This document shows, in pieces, positions 62,571 to 64,000 of a stretch of 64,000 bases of DNA (its first letter is position 1; each line of letters starts with the position of its first letter). Location of the stretch: contig CAWHXP010000008.1 of assembly GCA_963833425.1 (NCBI GenBank), forward strand, positions 116,578 through 180,577, given 5' to 3'. Source of the stretch: an uncultured Methanosarcinaceae archaeon (GTDB lineage: Archaea; Halobacteriota; Methanosarcinia; Methanosarcinales; Methanosarcinaceae). Under the pieces are notes generated by a model. The model saw only the letters and a program-made list of their open reading frames with translations, had not been told where the DNA came from and searched no databases. A program made the translations under genes and the position numbers.

Positions 62571-63089
62571 ATGAAAGAACAACTTGAACAGCGTTTAATT
62601 GAACTCAGGAAAGAATACGAAGCCGGGCAAAAAATAGTGGGAGATATAGAGTTAAAGCTTGGAGAACTTGAAAGAAGAAAAAATGGACTGAATGAGACCC
62701 TCCTTCGAATTAGTGGAGCAATTGATCTACTCGAAGAGGTATTGGAAAAAAGTGAGGGGGGACACGGGCAACTGATTAAAGCAGTTTTAACTTCCGAAGA
62801 TACTATAGATGTGCCAAACGTCGTGAGACAGTCCCTTGAGGAGGCCAAGAAAAGTCTGAAAGAAGCAGGACTCACAACAGGAAAGGTGATCGAGCAAAAA
62901 GGTATCCTTCCTATAGGTGTCATGGCTGGAGAAATTATCAGACAAGAGCCAAAGCAAGGTACAAAGTTACCAGCAGGTTCAGCTGTAAATCTTGTATTTG
63001 CGACAAAGGGTAAGTATCTGCCTACAATTGATAAAAAAATAGTATGTGATTCTTATTCTGGCTGCAGCTGTGAGCAAAGAAGAGAATGA
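62571..63089 (+). CDS. Coiled-coil (…ETLLRISGAI…) plus PASTA domain protein
   Basis: VPNVVRQSLEEAKKSLKEAGL.......GEIIRQEP..G..LPAGSAVNLV fits PASTA; N-terminal heptad helix. Confidence 0.85.
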   Translation: MKEQLEQRLIELRKEYEAGQKIVGDIELKLGELERRKNGLNETLLRISGAIDLLEEVLEKSEGGHGQLIKAVLTSEDTIDVPNVVRQSLEEAKKSLKEAGLTTGKVIEQKGILPIGVMAGEIIRQEPKQGTKLPAGSAVNLVFATKGKYLPTIDKKIVCDSYSGCSCEQRRE

Positions 63090-63122
63090 GATTAGGTTTT
63101 GTCTAAATCAAAATTGCGCTGG

Positions 63123-63727
63123 TGCCCCCCGCTGCAGACAACGGGGCATGTTCGCGCTAGTGTTATTGATATAGTTTTTTTTACTGAAAGTCAATTATTT
63201 TCGTTTGCTTATATCCTTGCTTCTATCCCTTATCCCCCTGATTCTGAACATAATTTATTATAACATGGAAGTGGTTCGTCTCCAACTATTTCAATATATC
63301 CTATCTAGCTCCCTAGTCTTCACCACAAAGCTGTTTTTTAATTTCAGGATATCTTTTGACGGTTATTCTGGCTGTTATTCTTTTAATAATCTGGATCACT
63401 ATTGATGGAGAAATCTTTGGCTCAGCTCCAACAAAAAGATGTACATGACCACCATCACAGCCAATCACATCAAATTCAAAAAAGTATCATTAACCAACTT
63501 CAGAGAATACGTTTTTTAAAAAATTAACTGTGTAATCATTTAAAAGGTTTTTACTGTATTTCAACAAAAAAACCATGTGATATCTAATTTAATAGACACA
63601 ACGGTTTATATGTCTTAATTTCATTTGCATCAAACGGTGTTTTAAGGATATAAATCAGTTATTTAGCAACAGTTATTGGGGTAGTTTCCACCCCCTGCAA
63701 GCTACAGGGCATTCGAATGAAATAAAA
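63123..63727 (-). mobile_element. tnpA: IS200-type element with dead tnpA (63181-63630) and terminal hairpins
   Basis: RYHMVF, GCDGGHVHL (HUH), PKISPSIVIQIIKRITAR, YVQNQG; hairpins at 63123-63148 and 63693-63709. Confidence 0.85.
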
Positions 63728-64000
63728 TGGACGATTGTCTTAGCAACTCGAGAAGATACCCCATTGAATAACCTCAGTTTTTGGTTTTCTTGAGAGTTCA
63801 GAGATCCCGATACCTTTGAAGCTCTGCTCGGAAAAATTTCTAATTAATTTTTAAGTCTTTTTAAAGTTTTTTTAAAAATATTCATGTTTAAGCAAATATA
63901 TGTGAATCTATACTATCCACATTAGAAGCTTCTAACGTTTCTACAGCGATTTAATCCCAACTGAAAACCAGCAGCTTGAGGAATCGAAAAAAAACTGTAA

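Overview
An AT-rich archaeal window, most likely from a Methanosarcina-type methanogen. That assignment is an inference from the gene set, GGAGG/GGTGA RBS usage, signal-peptide style and IS/MITE types. Intact genes include gpmA, bacterial-type serS, satD plus a membrane partner, DUF5661, peroxiredoxin, a V4R protein, nadA, an FMN-binding protein, two YbhB/PEBP paralogues, an AI-2E transporter, an M14 carboxypeptidase with a small upstream partner, an acyl-CoA synthetase/thioesterase/XRE-cupin/flavin oxidoreductase cluster, YhbY and a coiled-coil-PASTA protein. These sit among many decayed, often GC-richer genes: malic enzyme, fumC, OYE, glutaredoxin, pyruvate oxidase, DUF302 x2, DUF202, YcaC, M12 and C69 peptidases, and YVTN-TPR. 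Dead IS5, IS200 and IS110 copies and several ~90-140 bp MITE-like elements are also present. The most striking unexplained signal is a dispersed, orientation-locked, AT-rich non-coding module of ~100-300 bp (core approx. AATTTTTRTTYAGAAACKATTTTYYKTATAATTAATTTRAAATAAYT). It occurs at least 7 times, each time pointing into the start of an unrelated accessory or foreign-looking gene, and is a candidate portable promoter/regulon or gene-capture module. No rRNA, tRNA or CRISPR array was seen. All calls are by eye; no searches were run.
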